64,000 bases of DNA, taken from an uncultured Pseudomonadales bacterium. Lineage in GTDB: Bacteria > Pseudomonadota > Gammaproteobacteria > Pseudomonadales > JADFDG01. Positions 12,159 through 20,770 of this stretch are shown here, piece by piece. The position numbers and the translations under genes are program-made. The first letter of the stretch is position 1; the number at the start of each line of letters is the position of its first letter. The notes under the pieces are model-generated. The model was not told where the DNA came from. It worked only from the letters and a program-made list of their open reading frames with translations, and ran no database searches. The stretch is from contig CAZNPF010000003.1 in assembly GCA_964574995.1 (NCBI GenBank), forward strand, positions 2,507-66,506, in the 5' to 3' direction.

Positions 12159-14141
12159 TTAGGATGACCGAGGGAGCCAACACTCAAAGCGTGCGCCGCA
12201 CCCTGTTGGTGCTTCCACGCAGCGCAACGTGCCACCGGCCTGCTCGGCGATGTGGTGGGCGATGTACAGGCCGAGGCCTAGCCCGGCCGTGCCGCTGCCG
12301 TCGCCACTGCGGTAGTACTTATCAAAGATGCGCTGGCGGTCGGCTTCAGCGACGCCCATGCCGTGGTCGGTAATGCGCCAGCAAAAACCGGCATGACCAT
12401 TGCGCGTTTCCGGTTGCAGTTCGATATCGACCGGCGAGTGCGGTGGTGAATATTTGCAGGCATTGTCGAGGAGGTTGATCAGGATGAAGCCGAGCATTTC
12501 GGCCCGGCCAAACACAGGCGCTTGTTCACAGCCCAGCACCACGTTGATCTGTTGATTTTGAGGCGGCTCAAAGTGATCGATGACATCGCAACTGAGATCG
12601 ACGAGATCGCAGCGATTCTGGCCAACGCCTTGGCGCGTTCCAGGGCGAACTTGATGCAACGCGAGTTCCACCAACAGTTTGAGCCGGTGCACGGCGCGCT
12701 GAATACGGTCGTAACGGATCGTGCGTTCTGCGGGCGGCTTTTCGTCGAGTAATTGCAAGGATTGCGTGGCCGCGTCGATCACTGAAATCGGCGTGCGGAT
12801 TTCATGAGCAACCATCGACAAGAATTGATCGTGTTCGGTGCGCCGCTGACGTTCCTGTTCCATTTCCTTGCGGGTAATTTCAGCTTGCTGGACGAGTGAC
12901 TCGTGTTCGCGCTCGTGATCGCGCACACGCAGTGTGAGTGCTGCATGTAACAGGAAGAGGTGGGCCAGATTGCCGAGATGACCGCTGGTAATGGAAAACT
13001 CGGAAGTTGGAAACAAGCCGAGATATGACAGTGAGCTAATCAACAGCAGTAGCGCGTAGGTAAAAAAAGCGAGTCCTGCGAGGCGTTGAGTAGATCGGCC
13101 ATTTCGCACGCGCGCCCAACCCAATGGCAGCGTGCACAGAATGACTAGCAGCAGACAAATTTGTAGTGCAGGTGCCAGATACAAGTAATAACCAGTGATG
13201 ACCGCAATGGCAGTCAGCAATGCCACTACCGAACTGACCATGTACAACTGTCGCAAGCGCCGATTGCGAATTGGATCCATATCCAACATGCGATCAAAAA
13301 AAGCGAGCCCGAATGCCGAGGCCATCGCCATGCCCAGCCCGACCATGAGGTCGGGAATCTCTGGATATGCGGGAATCAGGTATTGCGACGCCAGTCCGCT
13401 GGAAGCAACACCGTGCATCAGCAGCATGCCGATGTAACCCAGATAAAGCAGGTAAAGCGGCGTGCGCAGCAGCAGCCAGTTGATCGCGATCAGCAACAGC
13501 ACGGCGGTCAACAAGCCGAGATAAAGCCCATGCAGCAAATATTGCGAAAGAGAGGCGTCGACCAGCGCCGGCTCACGCCAAAGACGCAATACGCCGACCA
13601 TCGAGCTGCTGCTCTCGATGCGCAGCCATGCCACGTAATCGCCCGGCGTTGAATTCAGTGGCAGCAAGATGGTGCGGAAATCAGGGTGATGTTCCGCCCG
13701 CAAGCGCACATCGCCGGTCTGTATGGATTCAATGCGGCCATTCGCGTGCTGCAAATAAAAATCGACGCGATCGAGAAACGAGGGCAGCACTTCCAGCCAC
13801 CAGCGGGAAGTGGGATCTTCCGTGGCGTCACGATGAATGGCGATGCGCAGCCAGATCACATCGCGGGTATAGCCAAAGCCGAGGTTGCCGTGCAGGGGCG
13901 TGAAGGCATGGCGATCGGCGGCCGCCATGACTTGTTCGAGCGTTAGATGGCCTGACGGGTCGCGCAGTACGGCGACTTGCCCCTGATTCAACGCCAACTT
14001 GTTTTCGCCGGCCGCGAGTGTGACTGGGCCGGGTAGCCGTGTGACGGCGGCGGTGCTGCGGGGAGTTTCGTTTGTTGCGGTGCTAGCGGCTGCGATGACC
14101 GGCCAAGCCAGCAACCATGCCAGCAGCGCAGCGCGCAGCAT
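12159..14141 (-). CDS. sensor histidine kinase with 7TMR-DISM architecture (periplasmic DISMED2-like domain, 7 TM helices, HisKA, HATPase_c)
   Basis: ORF 12159..14261. The ATG at 14141 opens a signal/anchor MLRAALLAWLLAWPVIAAAS. This is followed by a ~190-aa periplasmic domain, about 7 hydrophobic helices, the H-box FLSMVAHEIRTPISVI, and N/G boxes LINLLDNACKYS and DHGMGV...GLGLGLYIA. No receiver domain is present. Confidence 0.85.
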   Translation of the reverse strand: MLRAALLAWLLAWPVIAAASTATNETPRSTAAVTRLPGPVTLAAGENKLALNQGQVAVLRDPSGHLTLEQVMAAADRHAFTPLHGNLGFGYTRDVIWLRIAIHRDATEDPTSRWWLEVLPSFLDRVDFYLQHANGRIESIQTGDVRLRAEHHPDFRTILLPLNSTPGDYVAWLRIESSSSMVGVLRLWREPALVDASLSQYLLHGLYLGLLTAVLLLIAINWLLLRTPLYLLYLGYIGMLLMHGVASSGLASQYLIPAYPEIPDLMVGLGMAMASAFGLAFFDRMLDMDPIRNRRLRQLYMVSSVVALLTAIAVITGYYLYLAPALQICLLLVILCTLPLGWARVRNGRSTQRLAGLAFFTYALLLLISSLSYLGLFPTSEFSITSGHLGNLAHLFLLHAALTLRVRDHEREHESLVQQAEITRKEMEQERQRRTEHDQFLSMVAHEIRTPISVIDAATQSLQLLDEKPPAERTIRYDRIQRAVHRLKLLVELALHQVRPGTRQGVGQNRCDLVDLSCDVIDHFEPPQNQQINVVLGCEQAPVFGRAEMLGFILINLLDNACKYSPPHSPVDIELQPETRNGHAGFCWRITDHGMGVAEADRQRIFDKYYRSGDGSGTAGLGLGLYIAHHIAEQAGGTLRCVEAPTGCGARFECWLPRSS

Positions 14142-14142
14142 A

Positions 14143-14544
14143 TTAACCGGCGCTCTTGCCGGTGGATCCGTCGCGAAGACCGTAGGTTTCGGAGAGTGTG
14201 CCTTCGTCGTCAGCCGCGTTGCGATCGTAGTAATCGCGGGGCATGGCAAACGGAGCGGCATCGGCTTCCGGTGTGACAGCTTTTTCTTTGATGTCTGTGC
14301 TGCGCCGTTTCAGGCCGAACTCTTCCGATAGCGTGCCGCGCTGCCGGCGGTCGGCAAGGTAGTAATCACGCGGAACGAAGACGGGATCAGTGTCCACCCT
14401 GATGGGCGCTGAAGTTTTGCTGCGACGTGTGCGTGCCATCGAATAGGCCTGACGCAATTGGCGGCGACGATCCAGCGCCGGGCGCAGGGCGAGGCCGCAG
14501 GCAAGGCCGGCGAGAAACGCGATAAGCACCGTGGTGAAAATCAT
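14143..14544 (-). CDS. hypothetical small membrane-anchored protein with an internal tandem repeat (family not recognised)
   Basis: 133-aa ORF with SD AAGGAAG 6 nt before the ATG. One N-terminal hydrophobic helix, then a charged tail with two ~30-aa copies of PRDYY..GTLSE.(F/Y)GL. Its stop TAA lies 1 nt before the kinase ATG. Confidence 0.6.
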   Translation of the reverse strand: MIFTTVLIAFLAGLACGLALRPALDRRRQLRQAYSMARTRRSKTSAPIRVDTDPVFVPRDYYLADRRQRGTLSEEFGLKRRSTDIKEKAVTPEADAAPFAMPRDYYDRNAADDEGTLSETYGLRDGSTGKSAG

Positions 14545-14666
14545 GTGTGCTTCCTTGTTGTTATGTGTGCTGCGTTGAACCGTGGATAGTCGTGGTTGGT
14601 TGGGCGAACCTCGGCGCGTATTCTGCGCCCTTGCCCGTTATCCTGACGGAGAAGCCTGGTGATTGT

Positions 14667-15410
14667 ATGCAAGTAGTCTCCGAAACCGGAAGATTGTTGG
14701 CTGCGATGAGCGATGCGCGCGGCACGATCAGCGGCGCCATCGGACAAATCGAAGTAAAAATCGATGCGCGCGACGACGGACTGCCGGTGGACATGGTGAT
14801 TTGCCATCCGCACCCATTGCACGGCGGCACGATGGATAACAAGGTCGTTCACACCTTGGCGCGGGCCGGTCGCGACGCGGGTCTGCGCGCCATCCGTTTC
14901 AACTTTCGTGGCGTTGGGCTTAGCCAGGGTGCGCACGACGGCGGTCGTGGCGAGCAGGATGATTTGATGGCGGTGCTGAAAACTATCGCGGCGATTACGC
15001 CGGGGCGTGGACTCTTGCTGGCGGGTTTTTCATTTGGCGCTTGGGTGACGGCGGCTTCGCTGGCGCGGCTGGCCACCACCGACACGCCGCCCACGGCAGC
15101 CTTGCTGGTGGCGCCGCCGGTGCATTACGCCGGCTTTGTCGAACTACCGCTGTTTCCGGTGCCTGTCACCGTATTCCAAGGCGACGGCGATGAGGTGGTC
15201 GCGGCGGCAGCGGTTGCGCAGTGGTGTGCGGGGCGGAGGCCGCCGCTGGTACCGCAGATATTTGCCACGGGCCATTTTTTCCATGGGCTGTTGCCCGAAC
15301 TCAAGGCCGCCACAGACACGTGGATCACCACATCGCTGGTGCACGGCGGCCTGCCGAGAAGCCCTGCCTTTCCGGCAGACGGCATGCCGGGTACATTGCC
15401 GCCCCCATGA
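14667..15410 (+). CDS. alpha/beta-fold hydrolase (specific function unknown)
   Basis: ORF 14547..15410; first ATG at 14667. Nucleophile elbow GFSFG, HPHPLHGG oxyanion-type block, and candidate Asp (GDGDEVV) and His (GHFFHG) residues. Confidence 0.75.
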   Translation: MQVVSETGRLLAAMSDARGTISGAIGQIEVKIDARDDGLPVDMVICHPHPLHGGTMDNKVVHTLARAGRDAGLRAIRFNFRGVGLSQGAHDGGRGEQDDLMAVLKTIAAITPGRGLLLAGFSFGAWVTAASLARLATTDTPPTAALLVAPPVHYAGFVELPLFPVPVTVFQGDGDEVVAAAAVAQWCAGRRPPLVPQIFATGHFFHGLLPELKAATDTWITTSLVHGGLPRSPAFPADGMPGTLPPP

Positions 15411-16546
15411 ATAAAGCCCAATCCGACCCGGTGGTGCTGCCCTTGGCATTGGCACCGCATGCGCGCTATCAGCAGGACCTGACGCTTCCGGGCTTCCAGC
15501 CCGATGCGGCGCAGGCACATGCCGTCGACTGCTTGCAGGAACTTTACGAGCAATTAGTCGAACGCTGGCAGGAAGATCGTGGGCTGGTTGGTCGCATGCA
15601 GCGACGTTTTGGTGGGCGTGAAAATATTCGTGGGCTGTATTTCTGGGGGGGCGTGGGCCGCGGCAAGACCTGGCTGATGGATATTTTTTTCGACAGCCTG
15701 CCCTTTCGCCGCAAGATGCGTAGTCACTTCCACCGTTTTATGCAGCGCGTGCACGCGGAATTAAAAACGCTGACGGGTAAGAAAAATCCACTGGACACGG
15801 TTGCCGATCGCTTTGCCAAAGAGGCGCTGGTGATCTGTTTCGACGAATTTTTTGTGTCCGATATTACGGATGCAATGATTCTGGGGTCCTTGTTTGAGAA
15901 ATTGTTTGATCGCGGAGTCACGTTAGTGGCCACCTCAAACATCATTCCAGACAATCTTTATAAAGATGGCCTGCAGCGTGAACGCTTCTTGCCTGCCATT
16001 GAAATTTTGAAAAAAAACGTCAAGGTGGTGAATGTCGATAGCGGCATTGATTACCGTCTACGCGTGCTAGAAAAAGCCGAGATTTTTCACCATCCATTGG
16101 ATGCGGCTGCCGATACGGGTCTTGAAAAGAGTTTCCGGGAATTGACCTCGGCAAAAGTCTTGTGCGAGAAAGATTGTTTTATTGAAATCAACGACCGTCG
16201 GATTTCAGCGCGTCGGCTGGCGGAAGGCATTGCTTGGTTCGACTTCGGGCCGTTATGCATCCAGCCGCGCAGTGCTGCGGATTACATCGAAATTGCACGA
16301 CAGTTCCACACGGTACTGATCAGCGCTGTGCCCGTGATGGATGTTTCGCAAGATGATGCGGCGCGCCGCTTCATCAATATGGTCGATGAATTCTATGATC
16401 GTCATGTGAAATTGATCATGTCGGGCGCTGCACCTATCGACGATTTATACGCCGGTGGCCGGTTGTCCTTTGAATTCAAGCGCACCTGCAGCCGGCTACT
16501 GGAAATGCAGTCGCTCGAGTATCTTGCTCGCGAGCACAAGCCCTGA
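15407..16546 (+). CDS. zapE: AFG1-like ATPase ZapE (YhcM)
   Basis: ORF 15221..16546. The ATG at 15407 overlaps the hydrolase stop (ATGA). Walker A GGVGRGKTWLMD, Walker B ICFDEF. Located upstream of rplM-rpsI as E. coli yhcM is. Confidence 0.88.
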   Translation: MNKAQSDPVVLPLALAPHARYQQDLTLPGFQPDAAQAHAVDCLQELYEQLVERWQEDRGLVGRMQRRFGGRENIRGLYFWGGVGRGKTWLMDIFFDSLPFRRKMRSHFHRFMQRVHAELKTLTGKKNPLDTVADRFAKEALVICFDEFFVSDITDAMILGSLFEKLFDRGVTLVATSNIIPDNLYKDGLQRERFLPAIEILKKNVKVVNVDSGIDYRLRVLEKAEIFHHPLDAAADTGLEKSFRELTSAKVLCEKDCFIEINDRRISARRLAEGIAWFDFGPLCIQPRSAADYIEIARQFHTVLISAVPVMDVSQDDAARRFINMVDEFYDRHVKLIMSGAAPIDDLYAGGRLSFEFKRTCSRLLEMQSLEYLAREHKP

Positions 16547-16610
16547 ATTGTCCGGCTCGCCGGATAGTATTGAAACGTTCCCGATAACATCGAACCAGAG
16601 GAGCCAAGCC

Positions 16611-17753
16611 ATGATTCCACGCACCTTATTTAATTCTGATCACGATATGTTTCGTGATGCCCTGCGCAAATTTCTGGAAAAAGAAGCTGTTCCGCAGCAC
16701 GGGAAGTGGGAAGAAGAAGGCGTGGTTTCCCGTGACTTCTGGCTGAAGGCTGGCGAGCAGGGTTTTCTCTGCCCGTGTGTGGCGCCGGAATACGGCGGAG
16801 CGGGCGCCGATTACCTGTACAGCGCGATCGTGATGGAAGAAGTGTCGCGGTTGGGTTTGACCGGCATTGGTTGGGGTTTGCACACCGATATCGTTGCGCC
16901 TTACATCGAGCACCACGGCAGTGAATATCTGAAGCAGCGCTTTCTGCCCAAAATGATCACCGGTGAGTGCATCGGTGCGATCGCCATGACCGAGCCGGGC
17001 GCAGGCTCGGATTTGCAGGGCGTGAAAACCACTGCTGTCGATAAGGGTGATCACTACCTTCTGAATGGTTCCAAGACGTTTATCACCAACGGTCAAAATG
17101 CCGATGTGGTGGTCGTGGTGGCCAAGACGGATCCTAGTGCCGGGCATAAAGGTATTTCGCTGTTGCTGGTCGAGCGCGGCATGCCGGGCTTTGAGCGTGG
17201 CCGCAATCTCGACAAAGTTGGCATGAAGGCGCAGGACACGTCGGAGTTGTTTTTTACGGATGTGAAGGTGCCCAAAGAAAATCTGCTGGGCGATGCGGGC
17301 AAAGGCTTTATTTACTTGATGACCGAGCTGCCGCAAGAACGCCTAGGCATTGCGATCAATGGCATCGCTATGGCGGAAGGCGCATTCAAATTGACATTGG
17401 ATTACGTCAAAGAGCGCAAGGCTTTTGGTAAATCGGTAGCGGATTTTCAGAATACCCAATTCAAGCTGGCTGAGTTACACACAAAAGTTGAAATGGGTCG
17501 TGCGTATGTCGACCGCTGCTTGGCACTGCACTGCGAGAAAAAACTCGACGCAGCGACGGCGTCAGCGGCGAAATACATCATCACCGACTTGCAGTGCGAG
17601 GTGCTTGATGAGTGCGTGCAGCTGTTTGGCGGCTACGGCTATATGTGGGAATACCCGGTAGCCCGGATGTGGGCCGATGCACGCGTTCAGCGCATCTACG
17701 GTGGCACCAATGAAATTATGAAGTTGGTCGTGTCACGCGCGATTTTGGCGTGA
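16611..17753 (+). CDS. acyl-CoA dehydrogenase
   Basis: ORF 16455..17753. The ATG at 16611 is preceded by GAGGAG. 380 aa with ACAD blocks (AMTEPGAGSDL, FITNG, YGGTNEIM near the C-terminus). Confidence 0.9.
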   Translation: MIPRTLFNSDHDMFRDALRKFLEKEAVPQHGKWEEEGVVSRDFWLKAGEQGFLCPCVAPEYGGAGADYLYSAIVMEEVSRLGLTGIGWGLHTDIVAPYIEHHGSEYLKQRFLPKMITGECIGAIAMTEPGAGSDLQGVKTTAVDKGDHYLLNGSKTFITNGQNADVVVVVAKTDPSAGHKGISLLLVERGMPGFERGRNLDKVGMKAQDTSELFFTDVKVPKENLLGDAGKGFIYLMTELPQERLGIAINGIAMAEGAFKLTLDYVKERKAFGKSVADFQNTQFKLAELHTKVEMGRAYVDRCLALHCEKKLDAATASAAKYIITDLQCEVLDECVQLFGGYGYMWEYPVARMWADARVQRIYGGTNEIMKLVVSRAILA

Positions 17754-17768
17754 GCCGTTGCTGTTACA

Positions 17769-17801
17769 AACAAGGCCGCGCATTGTGCGGCCTTGTTTTT
17801 T
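17769..17801. terminator. rho-independent terminator between convergent acyl-CoA dehydrogenase and tas
   Basis: Stem AACAAGGCCGC / GCGGCCTTGTT with a 7-nt loop, followed by a T run (TTTTTT). Confidence 0.8.
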
Positions 17802-17827
17802 GAGGCGCGTTATTTTTAGATGCTGAA

Positions 17828-18874
17828 TTATGGCGCAGGGTTTGGCTGCGTGACATGAATCGCCTCAATTCCCTTCAGAAGATCATCGCTTAATTTCAAC
17901 GCTTGGCTCGCGATGTTTTGTTCCAGTTGCGCGAGCGATGTGGCGCCAATGATGTTGCTGGTCACGAAGGGGCGAGTCGTGACGTATTGCAAAGCCATTT
18001 GCACAGGATCGACGCCGTGCTCTTTGGCGAGTGCGATGTATTTGGCGGTGGCTATTTCTGCTTGCGGGTTGGTGTAACGCGAGAAACGCGTGAACAAGGA
18101 AATACGCGCACCGGCCGGCCGTGCACCGCCCAGATATTTTCCGGAAAGTACGCCAAAGGCCAATGGCGAATAGGCGAGTAGCCCAACTTTTTCGCGGTGA
18201 GCAATTTCTGCGAGGCCAATCTCGAACGTGCGATTTAGCAGGTTGTAGGGGTTCTGAATGCTGGCGATTCGTGGCAAGCCGCGAGTCGCTGATTCGGCGA
18301 GATAGCGCATGGTGCCCCAAGGCGTTTCGTTAGAAATTCCGATGTGTCGCACCTTGCCGCTTTTTACTAGCCCGGCGAGTACGTCGAGCGTTTCGGCAAT
18401 CGGTGTTTGCACCTCATCTTTTTCCACGTGCCGATAACCCAGCTTGCCAAAAAAGTTGGTGTTTCGATCGGGCCAGTGCATTTGATACAGATCGAGATAA
18501 TCGGTTTGCAGACGCTTGAGGCTGGCGTCGATGGCAGCTTCGATGTGCTGACGATTGAGGCGTGGCTTGCCGTCGCGCACATGGGGCAACCAGTCGCCCT
18601 GACCACATACCTTGCTGGCCAGTATCAGTTGCTGACGGGCGCCGGGCCGTGCTTTGAGCCAGTGGCCGATGATGGTCTCGGTGGTGCCGTAAGTTTTGGC
18701 GGTAGGAGGGACGGCATACATTTCGGCAGTATCGAAAAAGTTGATGCCTCGGTCCCGGGCCAGATCCATCTGGGCAAAGCCGTCCTCTTGGCTGTTTTGT
18801 TCGCCCCAAGTCATGGTGCCTAGGCAGAGGGCGCTGACTTTTAGGCCGGTAGTTCCCAGTTCGCGGTATTCCAT
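17828..18874 (-). CDS. tas: NADP(H)-dependent aldo-keto reductase, Tas-like
   Basis: ORF 17828..19063; internal ATG at 18874 gives 348 aa. Colinear with remembered E. coli Tas (LGTMTWGEQNS, LQTDYLDLYQMHWPDR, IQNPYNLLNRTFE, GARPAGAR). Confidence 0.85.
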   Translation of the reverse strand: MEYRELGTTGLKVSALCLGTMTWGEQNSQEDGFAQMDLARDRGINFFDTAEMYAVPPTAKTYGTTETIIGHWLKARPGARQQLILASKVCGQGDWLPHVRDGKPRLNRQHIEAAIDASLKRLQTDYLDLYQMHWPDRNTNFFGKLGYRHVEKDEVQTPIAETLDVLAGLVKSGKVRHIGISNETPWGTMRYLAESATRGLPRIASIQNPYNLLNRTFEIGLAEIAHREKVGLLAYSPLAFGVLSGKYLGGARPAGARISLFTRFSRYTNPQAEIATAKYIALAKEHGVDPVQMALQYVTTRPFVTSNIIGATSLAQLEQNIASQALKLSDDLLKGIEAIHVTQPNPAP

Positions 18875-19000
18875 GGGGCGGTAAGCTCCGAGTGGTGTGA
18901 CGGTGGCCCGGCTCGAGCGGGCGGGAAAGCCGGGGCATAGGCGGCTGCGGATCGTAGCAAAGGGCTCATCAGTGGGCCTCTTTTGGCGGTGTAAGCGCCG

Positions 19001-19029
19001 TTGCCAAGGGGTGGCCCCTTGAGTAGAAT
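19001..19029 (+). promoter_or_regulatory. candidate sigma-70 promoter of rplM-rpsI
   Basis: TTGCCA (19001-19006), a 17-nt spacer, then TAGAAT (19024-19029). This would give a ~95-nt leader before the rplM ATG. Confidence 0.6.
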
Positions 19030-19130
19030 GCGCCCTCTTTTTGGGGGGGGTACCCTCGGGCACGCGCTATGCAGCCCTAGGTTTTCTCCGTCAAAACCGC
19101 TCCAGCCGCTAGTTTTGAGGCAGCAAGAAC

Positions 19131-19562
19131 ATGAAGACTTTCAGCGCCAAGGCGCATGAAGTGAAACGCGACTGGTTTGTCGTCGATGCCGACGGCAAGA
19201 CCTTGGGTCGCATGGCCACTGAAATTGCTCACCGTCTGCGTGGCAAGCACAAGGCCGAGTACACCCCGCACGTCGATACCGGCGATTACATCGTCGTGAT
19301 CAACGCCGGCAAGGTCCGCGTAACGGGTAACAAGGTGCTGGCCAAGACCTATTACCGCCATACCGAATATCCGGGTGGTATTCGCGAGGAGACCTTCGAA
19401 AAGTTGGTCGCCCGTAAGCCGGAGCGCATCATCGAGATCGCCGTCAAAGGCATGCTGCCGAAAGGCCCGCTGGGTCGCGCCATGCTGCGTAAGATGAAGG
19501 TCTATCCGGGTGCCAGCCACCCGCATGCTGCTCAGCAGCCCCAGGAACTCAACGTAGGCTGA
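19131..19562 (+). CDS. rplM: 50S ribosomal protein L13
   Basis: 143 aa beginning [27 protein letters not shown], the canonical L13 N-terminus. Confidence 0.98.
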   Translation: MKTFSAKAHEVKRDWFVVDADGKTLGRMATEIAHRLRGKHKAEYTPHVDTGDYIVVINAGKVRVTGNKVLAKTYYRHTEYPGGIREETFEKLVARKPERIIEIAVKGMLPKGPLGRAMLRKMKVYPGASHPHAAQQPQELNVG

Positions 19563-19566
19563 TCGC

Positions 19567-19953
19567 GTGGACAAGAATATCGGCACTGGTCGCCGCAAGA
19601 CCGCCACCGCTCGCGTCATCGTCCGTAAGGGCAAAGGCGCTATTACCATCAACGGCAAATCGCTGGACCAGTATTTTGGTCGTGAGACTAGCCGCATGGT
19701 GGTTCGTCAGCCGCTTGAATTGATCGAAGCTGCGGACAAGTTCGACATTCTCGTACGCGTTGAAGGCGGTGGCCCAACCGGTCAAGCCGGTGCCATTCGT
19801 CACGGCATTACGCGCGCGCTGATCCGCTATGACGAGCAACTTCGCTCGCCGCTGCGTAAGGCCGGCTTTGTGACACGCGACGCCCGTGAGGTTGAGCGTA
19901 AGAAGATTGGTTTGCGTAAGGCGCGTCGTCGCCCGCAATACTCGAAGCGCTAA
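19567..19953 (+). CDS. rpsI: 30S ribosomal protein S9
   Basis: 128 aa with a GTG start and the C-terminal RRRPQYSKR signature of S9. Confidence 0.98.
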   Translation: MDKNIGTGRRKTATARVIVRKGKGAITINGKSLDQYFGRETSRMVVRQPLELIEAADKFDILVRVEGGGPTGQAGAIRHGITRALIRYDEQLRSPLRKAGFVTRDAREVERKKIGLRKARRRPQYSKR

Positions 19954-19969
19954 TTGCGAGTCGCTTGCA

Positions 19970-20004
19970 AAAACGCCCGGTTCGAAAGACCGGGCGTTTT
20001 TTTT
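19970..20004 (+). terminator. rho-independent terminator after rpsI
   Basis: Stem ACGCCCGGT / ACCGGGCGT with loop TCGAAAG, followed by T8. Confidence 0.85.
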
Positions 20005-20185
20005 GGTTGGTTTTTAAGGTGCTGGTCGCGGTGATGAGAAAGCGTTGATGACGATCATTTCATGTGTTTGACCTTAAGTTTCGTGTTGGCAATTTGCCCC
20101 CCTTTCTTTAACATTTGAGCCCCTTTTTATGGGGTCCCGTCGCGTGGGCAACGGTTGCCTAGACGGTGGTTGTGGAGACCATTCA

Positions 20186-20770
20186 ATGAGCACTGATGGT
20201 GTAGATAACAGCAGGCGAACCTTCATGGTCGGTCTTGCATCCGGCACGGCTGCGCTGGGTGCGGTGGTGGCGGCCACGCCTTTTGTCATGTCGTGGATGC
20301 CCAGCGCCCGAGCGAAAGCTGCGGGTGCGGCGATCTCGATTGATATCAGTAAAGTCGATGCCGGCGGTTTCGTCGTGTACGAGTGGCGCGGTAAGCCGAC
20401 ATGGATATTGCATCGCACGGCAGACATGCTGGCCAACTTGTCGAAACAAGATGGCGATTTGCGTGATCCGAATTCGGAAGAAGATCAACAGCCGGTGTAT
20501 GCGCGAAATGCGACGCGCTCGATCAAGCCGGAAATTTTGGTGCTGTTGGGCGTATGCACTCACTTGGGTTGCTCTCCACGCTACGACCAGCAACCAACGG
20601 TTGATCTTCACTACGGCGGTTTCTTCTGTCCGTGTCACGGTTCCAAGTACGACTTCGCCGGTCGCGTGTACAAAGGTGTTCCTGCACCGTTGAATCTGCC
20701 GGTGCCCCCGCATTACTACCAGTCCGAGAACGTCATCGTGATCGGCGAAGAAAAGGGAGCAGCGGCATGA
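20186..20770 (+). CDS. petA: ubiquinol-cytochrome c reductase Rieske iron-sulfur subunit
   Basis: ORF 20129..20770; ATG at 20186. Tat-type signal SRRTFMVG. Rieske boxes CTHLGC and CPCHGS. Confidence 0.95.
   Translation: MSTDGVDNSRRTFMVGLASGTAALGAVVAATPFVMSWMPSARAKAAGAAISIDISKVDAGGFVVYEWRGKPTWILHRTADMLANLSKQDGDLRDPNSEEDQQPVYARNATRSIKPEILVLLGVCTHLGCSPRYDQQPTVDLHYGGFFCPCHGSKYDFAGRVYKGVPAPLNLPVPPHYYQSENVIVIGEEKGAAA

Noticed and set aside
14470-14544. Possible lipoprotein signal (LAGLAC) at the N-terminus of the small repeat protein
   Set aside because: Residues -3 to -1 (G-L-A) do not fit the lipobox [LVI][ASTVI][GAS]C, and there is no positively charged n-region. A plain membrane anchor is more likely.
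15221-15406. Long N-terminal extensions offered by the ORF track for zapE and other genes (16455 for the acyl-CoA dehydrogenase, 20632 for petB, 27118 for rsmI, 36431 for murD, 38925 for murG, 17828..19063 for tas, 9200..10591 for the protease, 12159..14261 for the kinase)
   Set aside because: The extensions overlap the preceding gene or promoter DNA and are Arg-rich. Internal ATGs with Shine-Dalgarno sequences or ATGA/TGATG coupling restore canonical N-termini.
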